From: an uncultured Bacteroidota bacterium
GTDB lineage: Bacteria; Bacteroidota; Bacteroidia; Chitinophagales; Chitinophagaceae
Assembly: GCA_963796995.1 (NCBI GenBank)
Contig: CAWCNR010000003.1
Location: forward strand, 92,171-156,170
Reading direction: 5' to 3'
Length of the DNA: 64,000 nucleotides
The position numbers and the translations under genes were made by a program. The notes under the pieces are model-generated. The model did not search any database and was not told the origin of the DNA. It worked only from the letters and a program-made list of their open reading frames with translations. This document shows positions 31,274 to 41,150 of the stretch, in pieces (the first letter of the stretch is position 1; each line of letters opens with the position of its first letter).

Positions 31274-32038
31274 TCAGTCTTCGCGAAGTGAATGACCTGT
31301 TAAATGAATGAATACATCTTCAAGATTTGCTTTCTTCACTTCCCTGGGTCTTTCAAAACCTGAAGCCACCAGGTCATCTATCATCTGGTCAGGACTGCTT
31401 AATGCAATAATTCTCCCCGAATCAACAATCGCTACCCTATTGCATAAATATTCTGCTTCGTCCATGTAATGAGTCGTGATGATCACGGTGGTGCCTTTAT
31501 CGCGAATTGTTTTTACCAGTTCCCACAAACTTCTTCTTGCCTGCGGATCAAGACCTGTTGTGGGCTCATCTAAAAAAATAACTTTAGGATCATTGATCAA
31601 TGTGGTGGCTACTGAAAACCGTTGCTTTTGTCCACCACTTAATTGTTTAAATTGAGATTTTGCTTTTTCGGTGAGGTTTACCATCTCCAGCAATTCCATA
31701 GGCTCAATATTCTTATTATAAAGGCCGCAAAAAAGTTCGATCAATTCAACTAAGTTTAACCCGGGATAATAGCCACTCGTCTGTAGTTGCACCCCTATTA
31801 TTTTTTTGATCTCATCCGGTTCTTTATCGAGATCATGCCCGTCCACAACAACTTTACCACTTGTCTTTTCCCGTAAAGTTTCTATGATCTCCAGCGTGGT
31901 TGATTTTCCTGCGCCATTAGGCCCCAGCATTCCGAAAATCTCATTTTCATACACATCAAAACTGAGTCCTTTTACGGCTTCAAAATTTCCATACTTCTTA
32001 AACAGGTCTTTTACAGAAATAATTATTCTCTTTTCCAT
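31274..32038 (-). CDS. ABC transporter ATP-binding protein
   Basis: Walker A GPNGAGKST, signature LSGGQKQR, Walker B IFLDEPT. Confidence 0.9.
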   Translation of the reverse strand: MEKRIIISVKDLFKKYGNFEAVKGLSFDVYENEIFGMLGPNGAGKSTTLEIIETLREKTSGKVVVDGHDLDKEPDEIKKIIGVQLQTSGYYPGLNLVELIELFCGLYNKNIEPMELLEMVNLTEKAKSQFKQLSGGQKQRFSVATTLINDPKVIFLDEPTTGLDPQARRSLWELVKTIRDKGTTVIITTHYMDEAEYLCNRVAIVDSGRIIALSSPDQMIDDLVASGFERPREVKKANLEDVFIHLTGHSLRED

Positions 32039-32067
32039 AGAGCAGCAATTTACTGCAAAAAGTTTTT

Positions 32068-32736
32068 TCAGGCATCCGCAATATTTTTAGCCCGTCTTTT
32101 ATAAGAAGCGAAAATCTTATCAATAGCAATCAATAAAAAGCCAATTGCAATGAATACAATTGTTAATCCCAGGCAATTCAATATTACTTTTTGGTAACCT
32201 GATTTATTAAGATCAAGAAAAGGATAAGGATAGAAATCTTCAATGTGTCCGCGAATCATTGCGTAGAACAAATAAGCAACGGGGTATAGCAACCACGCAA
32301 AACAATTTTTCCATTTTAATGAACCCTTCTCAATAAAGAATATCCAGTAAACAATAAACAAAACCGGCACGGCAACATGCAACAATTCATCAGCCAATAG
32401 TTGAAGGCCGCTTGGTTGCCACAACCGTCGCAGTATGATATTATAAACAAGGCCAACTATTAAAATGTACAGAGTAATAGCTGTTGCCGAAGACGGCTTT
32501 GATAAAAATCTTCCTGCCGGAGAACTTGGTTTTATTAAAACAACTGTAAGACTAATGGCCACCATAAGGTTAGTCAATATTGTGAAGAAAAGAAAAAATC
32601 TTCCTACCGCTTGTAAAGGGGTCATCCCGTTAGCTGGTGTGTTGTCAACCAAAATATACAGTTGAAGAATCAACGCAAACCAACAGGTGATTGAGATGAT
32701 CAATCTGAAAAAAACAAGTAATTTTTGTTTACTCAA
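32068..32736 (-). CDS. polytopic membrane protein (Pr6Pr / FAR-17a-AIG1-like)
   Basis: 222 aa, about 6 TM helices. The family assignment is tentative. Confidence 0.45.
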   Translation of the reverse strand: MSKQKLLVFFRLIISITCWFALILQLYILVDNTPANGMTPLQAVGRFFLFFTILTNLMVAISLTVVLIKPSSPAGRFLSKPSSATAITLYILIVGLVYNIILRRLWQPSGLQLLADELLHVAVPVLFIVYWIFFIEKGSLKWKNCFAWLLYPVAYLFYAMIRGHIEDFYPYPFLDLNKSGYQKVILNCLGLTIVFIAIGFLLIAIDKIFASYKRRAKNIADA

Positions 32737-32824
32737 AGCATATGATTTGTTATAGAAAGATAAGAACTTAACAGTTTAAAGAAGTTTTGAATTCCAAAAG
32801 CGGTATTCACTTTATTTTTGAATC

Positions 32825-34951
32825 ATGAAACAACTATTCACCCTGCTTGCGTTAATTCCATCTATCGCATTTTCTCAAACTTTTACGCCGCAGGAAATAA
32901 AAAGGTGTAAAGAAGAAGCACAGAGAGTAACAATAATCAGGGACAATTGGGGCGTACCGCACATTTACGGCAAAACAGATGCTGATGCAGTGTTTGGATT
33001 ATTATATTCTCAATGTGAAGAAAACTTTCAGAAAGTGGAGGAAAATAATCTTGAAATGCTGGGCAGACTTTCTGAAATAGGAAAAGCTGGATTGTATGAT
33101 GATCTGCAAATGCGGTTGATCTATGACAGCAGTGCTGCCATCGCAGATTATAAAAGATGCACTCTATGGTTTAGAAAATTATTGGATGCTGCTGCAGACG
33201 GTGTAAATTATTTTCTTTACAAACATCCTGAAGTAAAGCCTGAAGTTCTGAAATACTTTGAGCCGTGGTTTGCTTTGATGCGCACAAACGGGAGCATTTC
33301 CGCTACACAAACAGGAGGCCTGACTTTACAGGACATGAAAAATCTTTACAAAACCAATGATGCTTCCACATCTTTTACTAAAAAAGAAATACCTGTAGAA
33401 ACAGGATCAAATGGTTTTGCAGTCGCACCATCAAAAACACTGTCCGGGCATGCAATTATTTACATTAACCCGCATGTAACGTTTTATTACCGAACCGAAG
33501 TACAAATGGCAAGCGATGAAGGATTGAACGCATACGGCGGTGTAACGTGGGGAACGTTTTTTGTTTTCCAGGGCTTTAATGAGCATTGCGGATGGATGCA
33601 TACTACAAGTTATGCAGATGTAGCTGATCTCTATAAAGAAAAAGTAGAAAAAAGAGGCGACACCTTATTTTACTTGTACGATGGGAAATGGCTTCCAGTA
33701 AAAACTAAAAAGATCACGATTGACTATAAGCAAGGGAATGCAATTAAGAGGGAAAGTTTTACTGTGTACGGCACTGGCCACGGGCCGGTAATGGGAAGCA
33801 GAAACGGGGATTGGTTAAGCCTTAAAGAAAATAATCGTTCGCTAACTGCTTTAATGCAATCATGGCTGCGTACGAAAACAAAAGGATTTGAAGATTTCAA
33901 AAAAGTAATGGATATGAGGTCGAACAGTTCTGACAATACTGTTTTTGCGGATGACCAGGGAAACATTGCCTACTGGCACGGTAACTTTATTCCGAAACGT
34001 GATGAAAAATATGACTGGACACAACCGGTTGATGGAACTACGTCTGCTACCGAATGGAAGAGTCTCCATACTTTAGATGAAATGGTTCATGTATATAATC
34101 CTTCAACAGGTTGGATCGAGAATTGCAATTCCACACCATTTACCGTTTCAGGAAGCGCCAGTCCAAAAAAAGAAAATTATCCTTCGTATATGGCTCCGGA
34201 TGCTGAAAACTTTCGTGCGGTAAACGCAGAACGTTTATTAAGTAATGCCAAAGAACTAACGATTGATAGAATGATAAAAGAGATCGGTTACAGTCATTAT
34301 CTCTCTGCATTTGAAATTTTACTGCCCCCACTCTTTTCAGCCTATGATGAATTGTCTTCTGCTGATTCTCTAAAACAAATTTTATCAGAACCGGTCTCCT
34401 TATTAAAAGCATGGGACAAAAATTCTTCTGATACTTCGGTAGCAACGACATTGGCAATTGAATGGGCAACAAGGGCGATGAGAAATTCTTCATCAACAGA
34501 AAACCTGCCTGCCGGCAAGGCAGGATTAAACTTGCTTTTTGAAACAATGAAAGATTTGAAACAAAGATTTGGTTTATGGAAAATTGCATGGGGCGAAATA
34601 AATCGTTACCAGCGTGTGGCGAATGGAGAAAACTTTGATGATAATAAACCAAGTTTGCCATCAGGACTTGCTTCGTCTGCTTATGGCTCTATACCTTCTT
34701 TCGTTGCACGACGTTTCCCGGGTACTAATAAACGTTATGGATTTTCAGGAAACAGTTTTATTGCCTGTGTTGAATTTGGGAAAAAAATAACTGCAAAAAC
34801 AATTGAAACAGGAGGCCAATCATTTGATCCTTCATCAAAACATTTTACCGACCAGGCACAAATGTTTCTCGATGGAAATTTTAAAGATGTGCTTTTCTAC
34901 AAAGAAGATGTGATGAAGCATGTTGAGAGAAAATATCATCCGGGAGAGTGA
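32825..34951 (+). CDS. penicillin acylase family Ntn-hydrolase (possible acyl-homoserine-lactone acylase)
   Basis: 708 aa with signal peptide, ..IRDNWGVPHIYG.., and a putative nucleophile at ..TGSNGFAV... Confidence 0.85.
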   Translation: MKQLFTLLALIPSIAFSQTFTPQEIKRCKEEAQRVTIIRDNWGVPHIYGKTDADAVFGLLYSQCEENFQKVEENNLEMLGRLSEIGKAGLYDDLQMRLIYDSSAAIADYKRCTLWFRKLLDAAADGVNYFLYKHPEVKPEVLKYFEPWFALMRTNGSISATQTGGLTLQDMKNLYKTNDASTSFTKKEIPVETGSNGFAVAPSKTLSGHAIIYINPHVTFYYRTEVQMASDEGLNAYGGVTWGTFFVFQGFNEHCGWMHTTSYADVADLYKEKVEKRGDTLFYLYDGKWLPVKTKKITIDYKQGNAIKRESFTVYGTGHGPVMGSRNGDWLSLKENNRSLTALMQSWLRTKTKGFEDFKKVMDMRSNSSDNTVFADDQGNIAYWHGNFIPKRDEKYDWTQPVDGTTSATEWKSLHTLDEMVHVYNPSTGWIENCNSTPFTVSGSASPKKENYPSYMAPDAENFRAVNAERLLSNAKELTIDRMIKEIGYSHYLSAFEILLPPLFSAYDELSSADSLKQILSEPVSLLKAWDKNSSDTSVATTLAIEWATRAMRNSSSTENLPAGKAGLNLLFETMKDLKQRFGLWKIAWGEINRYQRVANGENFDDNKPSLPSGLASSAYGSIPSFVARRFPGTNKRYGFSGNSFIACVEFGKKITAKTIETGGQSFDPSSKHFTDQAQMFLDGNFKDVLFYKEDVMKHVERKYHPGE

Positions 34952-35125
34952 TTTGTAGTCAACTTTTTTCAGGACGAGACATTACAGCAGTTAAAACACG
35001 GCTTGCGTCAGCCTGCATTTTGGCAATACCCCTGTTGTACGTTCGCCCTTCGTCTTGGTAATTTGAATTGGAAGTCTGTGTCTACCGTGGCAGGGTGTGT
35101 CCCGGAAGCGCTGGAACAAGGCAGG

Positions 35126-35178
35126 CTCTTTTGCAAGGTTGGCTTTTGTGTGTCGGCTTTGTGCGCCTTGCAAATGTG
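35126..35178 (+). repeat. island-bounding direct repeat, copy A
   Basis: ctcttttgcaaggttggcttttgtgtgtcggctttgtgcgccttgcaaatgtg. About 48 of 53 positions are identical to 44208..44259. Contains the internal inverted repeat TTTGCAAGG..CCTTGCAAA. Confidence 0.8.
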
Positions 35179-35190
35179 CTTTCACCTGTG

Positions 35191-35490
35191 TTAAGCTTTC
35201 TGCTTTTTGTCAAAGAACAATGACGCAATTAAAGCTATTCCAACAATAACATCAACGATGTTCCATAATTGTCTGCCCAATGCAATTTTGATTAAGGGTT
35301 GGAATAAAATTGCTAGCGCAGCATATATAAATGCAAATGTCTTGTCATTTTTCTCAAAACTTTGATATGCAAGAAAAGCAAATCCTATTAATGCAGCGAA
35401 TCTTACCAACTGATAATAGCTGTACGGTAAATCAGCCAAACAAATAAAAAATAGAATTGCTAAAAATATTTTTGTGAGCTTAGTAATCAA
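35191..35490 (-). CDS. small integral membrane protein
   Basis: 99 aa, 3-4 TM helices. Last gene of the co-directional island array. Confidence 0.45.
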   Translation of the reverse strand: MITKLTKIFLAILFFICLADLPYSYYQLVRFAALIGFAFLAYQSFEKNDKTFAFIYAALAILFQPLIKIALGRQLWNIVDVIVGIALIASLFFDKKQKA

Positions 35491-35507
35491 GTGATTTTTT
35501 TATTCTT

Positions 35508-36374
35508 CTAAATAAAGTTTCTGTTATTTCTAAACGTTTCATATTTCTTTAGCTGTCGCTCAGATATAGAAGGCGGATTAGTCTTTATTGCTTCTTCCAA
35601 ATGTTTTTGCTTAATTTTTGTCCGTTCCTTCAAAGCATTTCGTGATGCTTCATTCACTATGAATTTAATATCGCTTGCCACATAAAGGTTTGTGAGTTCT
35701 GCCAACTTATCAATATCAATATCTTTCTCTGTTGGTCTGCCCAAAAGGTGTAGTTGAAACATTTCCTTTCTTGCTGTTAAGTCAGGCGGTGCTAAGTAAA
35801 TGACTTTATCCATTCTTCCGGTTCTTAAAATTGCAGGGTCAATCTTTTCCGGTCTGTTAGTCGCTGCAATAATGAAAATGCCATGTTGATGGCACTCTGT
35901 CATTTGAGCCAAAAACTCATTCACTTCTGACGCATAACTCTGGCTTAAATTTCCTTCTCTGTTGGGGAGTATTGCATCAACTTCATCAATGAAAATTATT
36001 GTTGGTGCTTTCTCTTTTGCTTCTGTAAAAAGTTTTGCAATTTTTTCCTGTGTTCCGTGAACATAAATGCTTGCAATATCAGAAGGTCTAAGTTCAACAT
36101 AATTGTAAGAAATTTCTTCGGCAAACTTTTGAGCAATAAAAGTTTTTCCGCAACCCGGCGGACCATAAAGTAACATTCCATTTGGAATAGAAACTTTATA
36201 TTGCTCGTAAAGTTCTTTATCGTTCAATGGAAGAATGATGTCTTGATAGAGTGTATCTTTCAATTCACTCATTCCGGCAATCAAATCAAAACCTTTTCCT
36301 CTCTCTTTTATTTTGAAAGTTGCTGAACGAACCTCCGCTTTTTGCTCAACTGATTTTCCATTTGAGCTAACCAT
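35508..36374 (-). CDS. AAA+ ATPase (classical CDC48/FtsH-type AAA module)
   Basis: Walker A GPPGCGKT, Walker B IIFIDEVD, second region of homology ..ATNRPEKIDPAILRTGRMD... The frame stays open 14 codons upstream of the ATG, as far as the IS terminus. Confidence 0.85.
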   Translation of the reverse strand: MVSSNGKSVEQKAEVRSATFKIKERGKGFDLIAGMSELKDTLYQDIILPLNDKELYEQYKVSIPNGMLLYGPPGCGKTFIAQKFAEEISYNYVELRPSDIASIYVHGTQEKIAKLFTEAKEKAPTIIFIDEVDAILPNREGNLSQSYASEVNEFLAQMTECHQHGIFIIAATNRPEKIDPAILRTGRMDKVIYLAPPDLTARKEMFQLHLLGRPTEKDIDIDKLAELTNLYVASDIKFIVNEASRNALKERTKIKQKHLEEAIKTNPPSISERQLKKYETFRNNRNFI

Positions 36375-36463
36375 TTCAATTTTCGGTTTGATTTCTTCTG
36401 TATTAGCCCCCTAAATGGCTGGACTAAATTTGAAATTAAATTTAGTCACTTAAATTTAGGATT

Positions 36464-36784
36464 ATGTCAAAGAAAAGAAGACAATTTTCTGTAGAGCAGA
36501 AACTGCAAATCATTCAGGAAGCCGACCAGGAAGGCGTCACTCAAACGCTTCGTAAACACAATCTTTCTCACAGTGTTTTTCTTCGATGGAAAAATCAGTT
36601 CAATAGTGGTGGTGCCGGGTCTTTAAAACCGCAGTACAATAAAATGGATCCAGAACTCAGGGCCTTGAAAGAAGAAAATGCCCGTCTCAAAAAGATCATT
36701 GGCAATCAGGCATTGGAACTTGAATTCAAAACCGAGCTTTTAAAAAAAAGCGATGCCTACGAACGGAAGCTGAAGGGCTTGTAA
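36464..36784 (+). CDS. IS3 transposase OrfA (HTH)
   Basis: MSKKRRQFSVEQKLQIIQEA.. with a leucine-zipper-like C-terminus. Confidence 0.85.
   Translation: MSKKRRQFSVEQKLQIIQEADQEGVTQTLRKHNLSHSVFLRWKNQFNSGGAGSLKPQYNKMDPELRALKEENARLKKIIGNQALELEFKTELLKKSDAYERKLKGL
36742..36749 (+). other. programmed -1 ribosomal frameshift slippery run (A8)
   Basis: TTTTAAAAAAAAG near the end of orfA. The -1 frame is open from here into orfB (..KKRCLRTEAEGLVRTFILKGISARLVLNWSGIG..). Confidence 0.65.
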
Positions 36785-36816
36785 GAACTTTTATTCTCAA
36801 GGGAATATCTGCAAGG

Positions 36817-37659
36817 TTGGTGCTAAACTGGTCGGGAATAGGAGCCAGTAGTTTTTATTATAAAAAGTCAGGAGGACATAAAGGAATAAAGCCAAGCACG
36901 CATAGTGTCAATAGTGATGGCGAGCTCTTTGAAAATACGGTTGTGGTAAAAGATATTGAAAAAACATTACACCAGGAGTTCTGTTGTTATGGCTATCGCA
37001 ACATGACGGGTGAACTGAAAGATCTTGGTTGGATCATCAATCACAAAAAGGTTTACCGGCTTATGAAAGAGCATAAACTTCTTTATGGAGGAAGAATCAG
37101 GCCCGAGCCTTTTAAGCGGAATTTTATTCGCTTTAGAACACCTGTTGCTACCCGGCCACTACAGTACTTGTCTATGGATATCAAATATGTTCATATCCAT
37201 GGCTCTGGTCGAAACGCGCTGCTGTTAACTGTTATGGATATTTATTCCAGAAAAGTACTGATCCATTTACTTCGAAACAGTATTAAAAAGGGCGATGTGC
37301 TGGTGATGCTGTCACTGATGTTACTGGAATACAAAGCTGAAGGCATGACGCTGAGAAATGATAACGGATCACAGTTTATTGCAAATGCAGTGAGACAATA
37401 TCTAAAAGAAAAAGGCATTTACCAGGAGTTTTCTCATGTTGCTACTCCTGAAGACAATGCCTACATCGAGGCCTTGCACTCGAATCTGCAGCGTGAAGTG
37501 ATTGACCGATTTGAATTTGATTCCGTTTATCACGCTCAAATGATCATCGATCGGTATTACAGATGGTACAATGAAAAAAGAAGACATGGATCACTTAATG
37601 GAAAAACTCCTCAAACCATCTGGAACCGCTATTTTAATCCTAACCCTTTTGAATACTAA
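36817..37659 (+). CDS. IS3 transposase OrfB (DDE/rve integrase core)
   Basis: ..YLSMDIKY.., ..NDNGSQF.., ..YNEKRRHGSLNGKTP... The frame is -1 relative to orfA. Confidence 0.85.
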   Translation: MVLNWSGIGASSFYYKKSGGHKGIKPSTHSVNSDGELFENTVVVKDIEKTLHQEFCCYGYRNMTGELKDLGWIINHKKVYRLMKEHKLLYGGRIRPEPFKRNFIRFRTPVATRPLQYLSMDIKYVHIHGSGRNALLLTVMDIYSRKVLIHLLRNSIKKGDVLVMLSLMLLEYKAEGMTLRNDNGSQFIANAVRQYLKEKGIYQEFSHVATPEDNAYIEALHSNLQREVIDRFEFDSVYHAQMIIDRYYRWYNEKRRHGSLNGKTPQTIWNRYFNPNPFEY

Positions 37660-37670
37660 AAACTACTAAA

Positions 37671-38595
37671 CTACCTTTGGAAAACTGTCCAGTTTATTGG
37701 GGGTTGATACACTTCTTTCACTGTATCGTTTAATGCAGTTAAAAATTCATCAGCAGTTTTATAGCGTTCCTCAATGTCTTTTGAAAGCGCTTTAAGAATT
37801 ACATAATCAAGATATGGAGTACAGGCATCATTATGCAATGATGGCTTTTGTATCTCCTTTCTCCTTGCAGTGATTACCATCGTTGTGATTTTCTCTGTGT
37901 CATCATCTGTTCCTTCAAAGTCATATTCCCAAGGATGCATTCCTGTTATCATCTTATATAAAATAATCGCTGATGAAAAAACATCGCTTGTCGGTAAGTA
38001 GGTTCCAAAAAAACACTCAGGAGCAAAATAGATGTAACGACCTGCTGCATTTGGCAATTTTGAAAGTTGGTCAATAAGATTGAGCCAAACCAAAATCAGA
38101 AAGCATTGCAATTGGCTTTTCTTTCTCGTAAGACAAAAGAATGTTGTCAGTGCTTATGTCTCTGTGAACTATTGGTTGTGGTTGCTCTTGAACAAACTTC
38201 AAACCTGTCAACAAATCATTTTGAATTGAAAGGGCAATTGGAATTGGTAGTTGGATTTTTCGTTTCAAGAATTGAGTAAGGGTTTCACCTGAAATAAAAC
38301 CCATTGTGATGAAAAAATATTTCTTGTCTTGTCTGATGAATGAGTTAGTTTCAAAAACTCTGACTATGTTGGGATGAGTTAGTTTTGAAAGAATCTTTGC
38401 TTCTCTTGTAACTGTACCAATGTCTGTCTTGCTTACATAATCTTCTTTGAAAACTTTCATAACCTGCACACCCAAATATTTGTGCTTAACACGATACACT
38501 TCACCAAATGCTCCTTGTCCTATGAAAAACTGAATTTCATAAGTGTCATTGATGTTTTCACCCTTTGATAAAATATGTTCCTTTAGTGATGGCAC
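37671..38595 (-). pseudogene. Hanks-type Ser/Thr protein kinase, frameshifted, with 3' end running into the IS
   Basis: ORF 38071..38595 has GQGAFGEV, VQVMK, HRDISTDNILL and DFGLA. ORF 37671..38111 continues in another frame with ..YFAPE... The last ~8 codons (INWTVFQR*) are encoded by the IS right terminus. Confidence 0.8.
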
Positions 38596-38607
38596 AAAAT
38601 AAAAATT

Positions 38608-38994
38608 TTAATATCCCAATCCTCCTTCAGGTTCTCTTGGCGGTGGTGTTCCTTCTGGTAATAGTGAAAATAGTTCACCGACAATTTGTTGAAGTTTTGC
38701 CTTTGATGGATTTGTTACAATATTTTGTTTCGCTTTATTCATGAGTTGGGTTGCTTTGCTTCGATTAGTCCATGCAGTTGTATCAAAATTATCATCCAAG
38801 TATATTATAGAACCAATAATATAACCTAACTGCTGAAAGTTAATTGAAAAAGCAAGAGAATAATAATTACTGATTAAATCTTTTGCTGCCTTTGTATTTT
38901 CATTCCTGACAACGACCTTCGCCTGCTCCTCCAATTGTGAAAGAGCTGAGGATGTTTTATTATCACCATATCTTGTGTTTACTGTTCTTGACAT
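38608..38994 (-). CDS. hypothetical protein
   Basis: 128 aa, helical, Pro/Gly-rich C-terminus (..EGTPPPREPEGGLGY). Lies 13 nt upstream of the kinase gene. Confidence 0.4.
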   Translation of the reverse strand: MSRTVNTRYGDNKTSSALSQLEEQAKVVVRNENTKAAKDLISNYYSLAFSINFQQLGYIIGSIIYLDDNFDTTAWTNRSKATQLMNKAKQNIVTNPSKAKLQQIVGELFSLLPEGTPPPREPEGGLGY

Positions 38995-39051
38995 ACTCTA
39001 AAGCATCTTCCATATTCTGGCTTCTGTTTTTGGAAATTCATTTTTGGATTG

Positions 39052-41129
39052 CTATGATTCTAATTCAATCATTACTTTTCGTAATTCTTCCATCACTTGT
39101 GTTCTCGTGTTTGGATTTCCTTTTCCGTTTTCAAATAATTCTTGAAGTTGCTGTATTTTTTCTTCTGCATTTTCAGAATCAATTGAAGAAAATTCTGCTT
39201 CAAGATTTTTTAAGAATGTATAAGCAGCTTTTATTTGTTTAGCCACTACAACTTCATCAATTGCATCTTGCTTGATGTCTGGAAATGCAATTGGTATTGT
39301 GTCGTTCAAATATGGAATATCAATTGACATAGAAACTCTCTTTAACGGTCAATTTCAATCGAAATTTCTATTTCACTGTTCTTTGGAAGAAAGCCTGAAA
39401 CATTATCCCCTGTGAGAGTGTGCTGGCAAACAAAATCTCCATAAAGTGCTCTTGAATTTGGTTTTCCTTGCCAAACTACAATATCAATTTTGTCATTGAT
39501 TTCACCGGTTCTAAGGTTTGTCAAAGGTTTTGAATTTGTTCTTTCCTTTTGCGGGAAGTGTTGTGTCCTTTTTTAGCCCATCTAATGGAATAAGAAGTTG
39601 TTTCCCTTTACCAAAGTTGAACGCTTCGATGCAAATGTCATAGGGTAAAGTTGGATTTGCAATTTGTATTGGAAGTATCTGAAAATAGGAATGTTCACAC
39701 TTCAAAATATTTCCTTGCTCATCAAATAATGTAACATTAAAACGGTTCACTTTTTTTTCTTCTAAAAGAACGTCAATTATTTCAGCATCGTCAACCACTT
39801 AAAATTTCCGCTTGACCAACCTTTATCGCTTCTATCCACTTGGCAAAATATTTTCTCCGGTAGTTTCCCCAGATAAGAAATGCGATTGATTTTTATTCCC
39901 AATTTCACTTCGAGTTCAGGAGATGATTCAGGATACTTCAACGAAACTTGAATTCATATCTGCTGCAACTCCTTCCATTAATTGGATTATTTCTTGTTGA
40001 TGCAAAAATAGCAGCTCCTTTTGCCACTACTGTCATAGGGTCAACGGAAGAATCAATCCTACATCCAAGTTGTTCTTTAAGCATTCGTCTTAAGGTTTGC
40101 GACTTGGTCGGTCCGCCTACAAGAATCAATGGATTTAGCTCACTTGCTTTTATGTTGCGACTTTCAATTACTTTTTTGGTTATATCAAATGCATTAATGA
40201 TAGTTTGGCTCTACAATCTTTTCAAATTATTCCAGAGTAGCCTTTGGATAGAAAATAAATTGTTTTCTTTATCATACTGAATTCCTATGTCCTCAAAACC
40301 ATAACTGGACACAACATCGTTAGAAGAAAGTTCAATCTTAATATCTTTTGCTAACCTTTTTAGAATTCAATAAGTAAATCAGTTCCTTTCCATTAAATAT
40401 CGGTCAATTTTATATTCCTGTTTTATTGCTGGTAAAAGAAGGTAGTCAACAATTGCGTAGTCAATATTTTTACCGCCAAGTTGATTATTACCATCTGTAG
40501 TTTAACTGTGATTATTTCCTCTAAACGTTCACTAATGCTGCATCAAATGTTCCCCCTCCAAAATCAAAAACCGTCCGGTCGCCATCAGTTTTATGCGTTG
40601 ACAATCCATACGCAATCGAAGCTGCAATAGGTTCTTGTAGCAACTTACAATATTTGAACCCTGCTAACTCGGCAGATTTCTGTGTTGCATCAATTTGATG
40701 TTGCTTAAACAGTGTAGGGACTTGAAAACAATGGAGTTGACTTTTGCATTTCTGAATAAAAACAATGTAAATTTTTCTAAAAGTTCCGAAGAAAATTCTT
40801 CTGGTGAAAAGGAGCGATTTGCATTTGAGCATTCATATTTGATAGTCGTTCCCATGTCTCGCTTGAATTCAATGAAAGTATTTCTGCTTTATGATTTTTG
40901 ATTTGCCTGAAAATCCTTGAATGCTTTTATAGCATCCGCACTTAACTGGTTGAATGCCTTTTGCCCGACAAAAAGAACTTGCTTCTTATTTATGTGAACA
41001 CATGATGGAGTAGTGTCCGTCTGTGTGGCTTCATCACTTTTGATAATGGTAATCTCACCATTGTCCATTTTTGCAATAGCTGAATTGGTGGTGCCTAAAT
41101 CAATACCATAGTCAATTTTTTGTACTCCA
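39052..41129 (-). pseudogene. non-canonical Hsp70 family ATPase, heavily disrupted
   Basis: Fragments in order on the minus strand:
- IDYGIDLGTTNSAIAKMDNG (phosphate-1)
- ..DATQKSAELAGFKYCKLLQEPIAASIAYGL, TVFDFGGGTFDAAL (phosphate-2)
- DGNNQLGGKNIDYAIVDY
- LILVGGPTKSQTLRRML..DPMTVVAKGAAIFA (adenosine motif)
- beta-sandwich SBD (..TTLPAKGKNKFKT.., ..IDIVVWQG.., ..EIEISIEID)
- helical lid (ORF 39052..39330)
At least ten frame breaks plus an in-frame TAA at 40889..40891. Confidence 0.8.
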
Positions 41130-41150
41130 TTCTTAAATATTTTAATTTGA

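Larger units (their letters stand above)
36407..37703 (+). mobile_element. IS3-family insertion sequence (boundaries +/- ~15 nt)
   Basis: orfA/orfB in the 0/-1 frame arrangement with an A8 slippery run. Imperfect terminal inverted repeats cccccTAAATGGCTGGAC.. (36407..) and ..GTCCAGTTTATTggggg (..37703). Confidence 0.8.

Noticed and set aside
34140-34661. 173 aa minus-strand ORF
   Set aside because: It lies wholly inside the well-supported penicillin acylase CDS on the opposite strand and has no recognisable motifs.
34991-35194. Two overlapping ~63 aa ORFs on opposite strands in the spacer after the acylase gene
   Set aside because: Mutually exclusive, low-complexity Cys/Arg/Gln-rich peptides in a GT-rich non-coding border that includes repeat copy A. 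Better explained as non-coding.
39052-39330. 92 aa ORF as an independent small gene
   Set aside because: It reads on from the Hsp70 substrate-binding domain after a 1 nt correction and has lid-like helical composition. Merged into the Hsp70 pseudogene.
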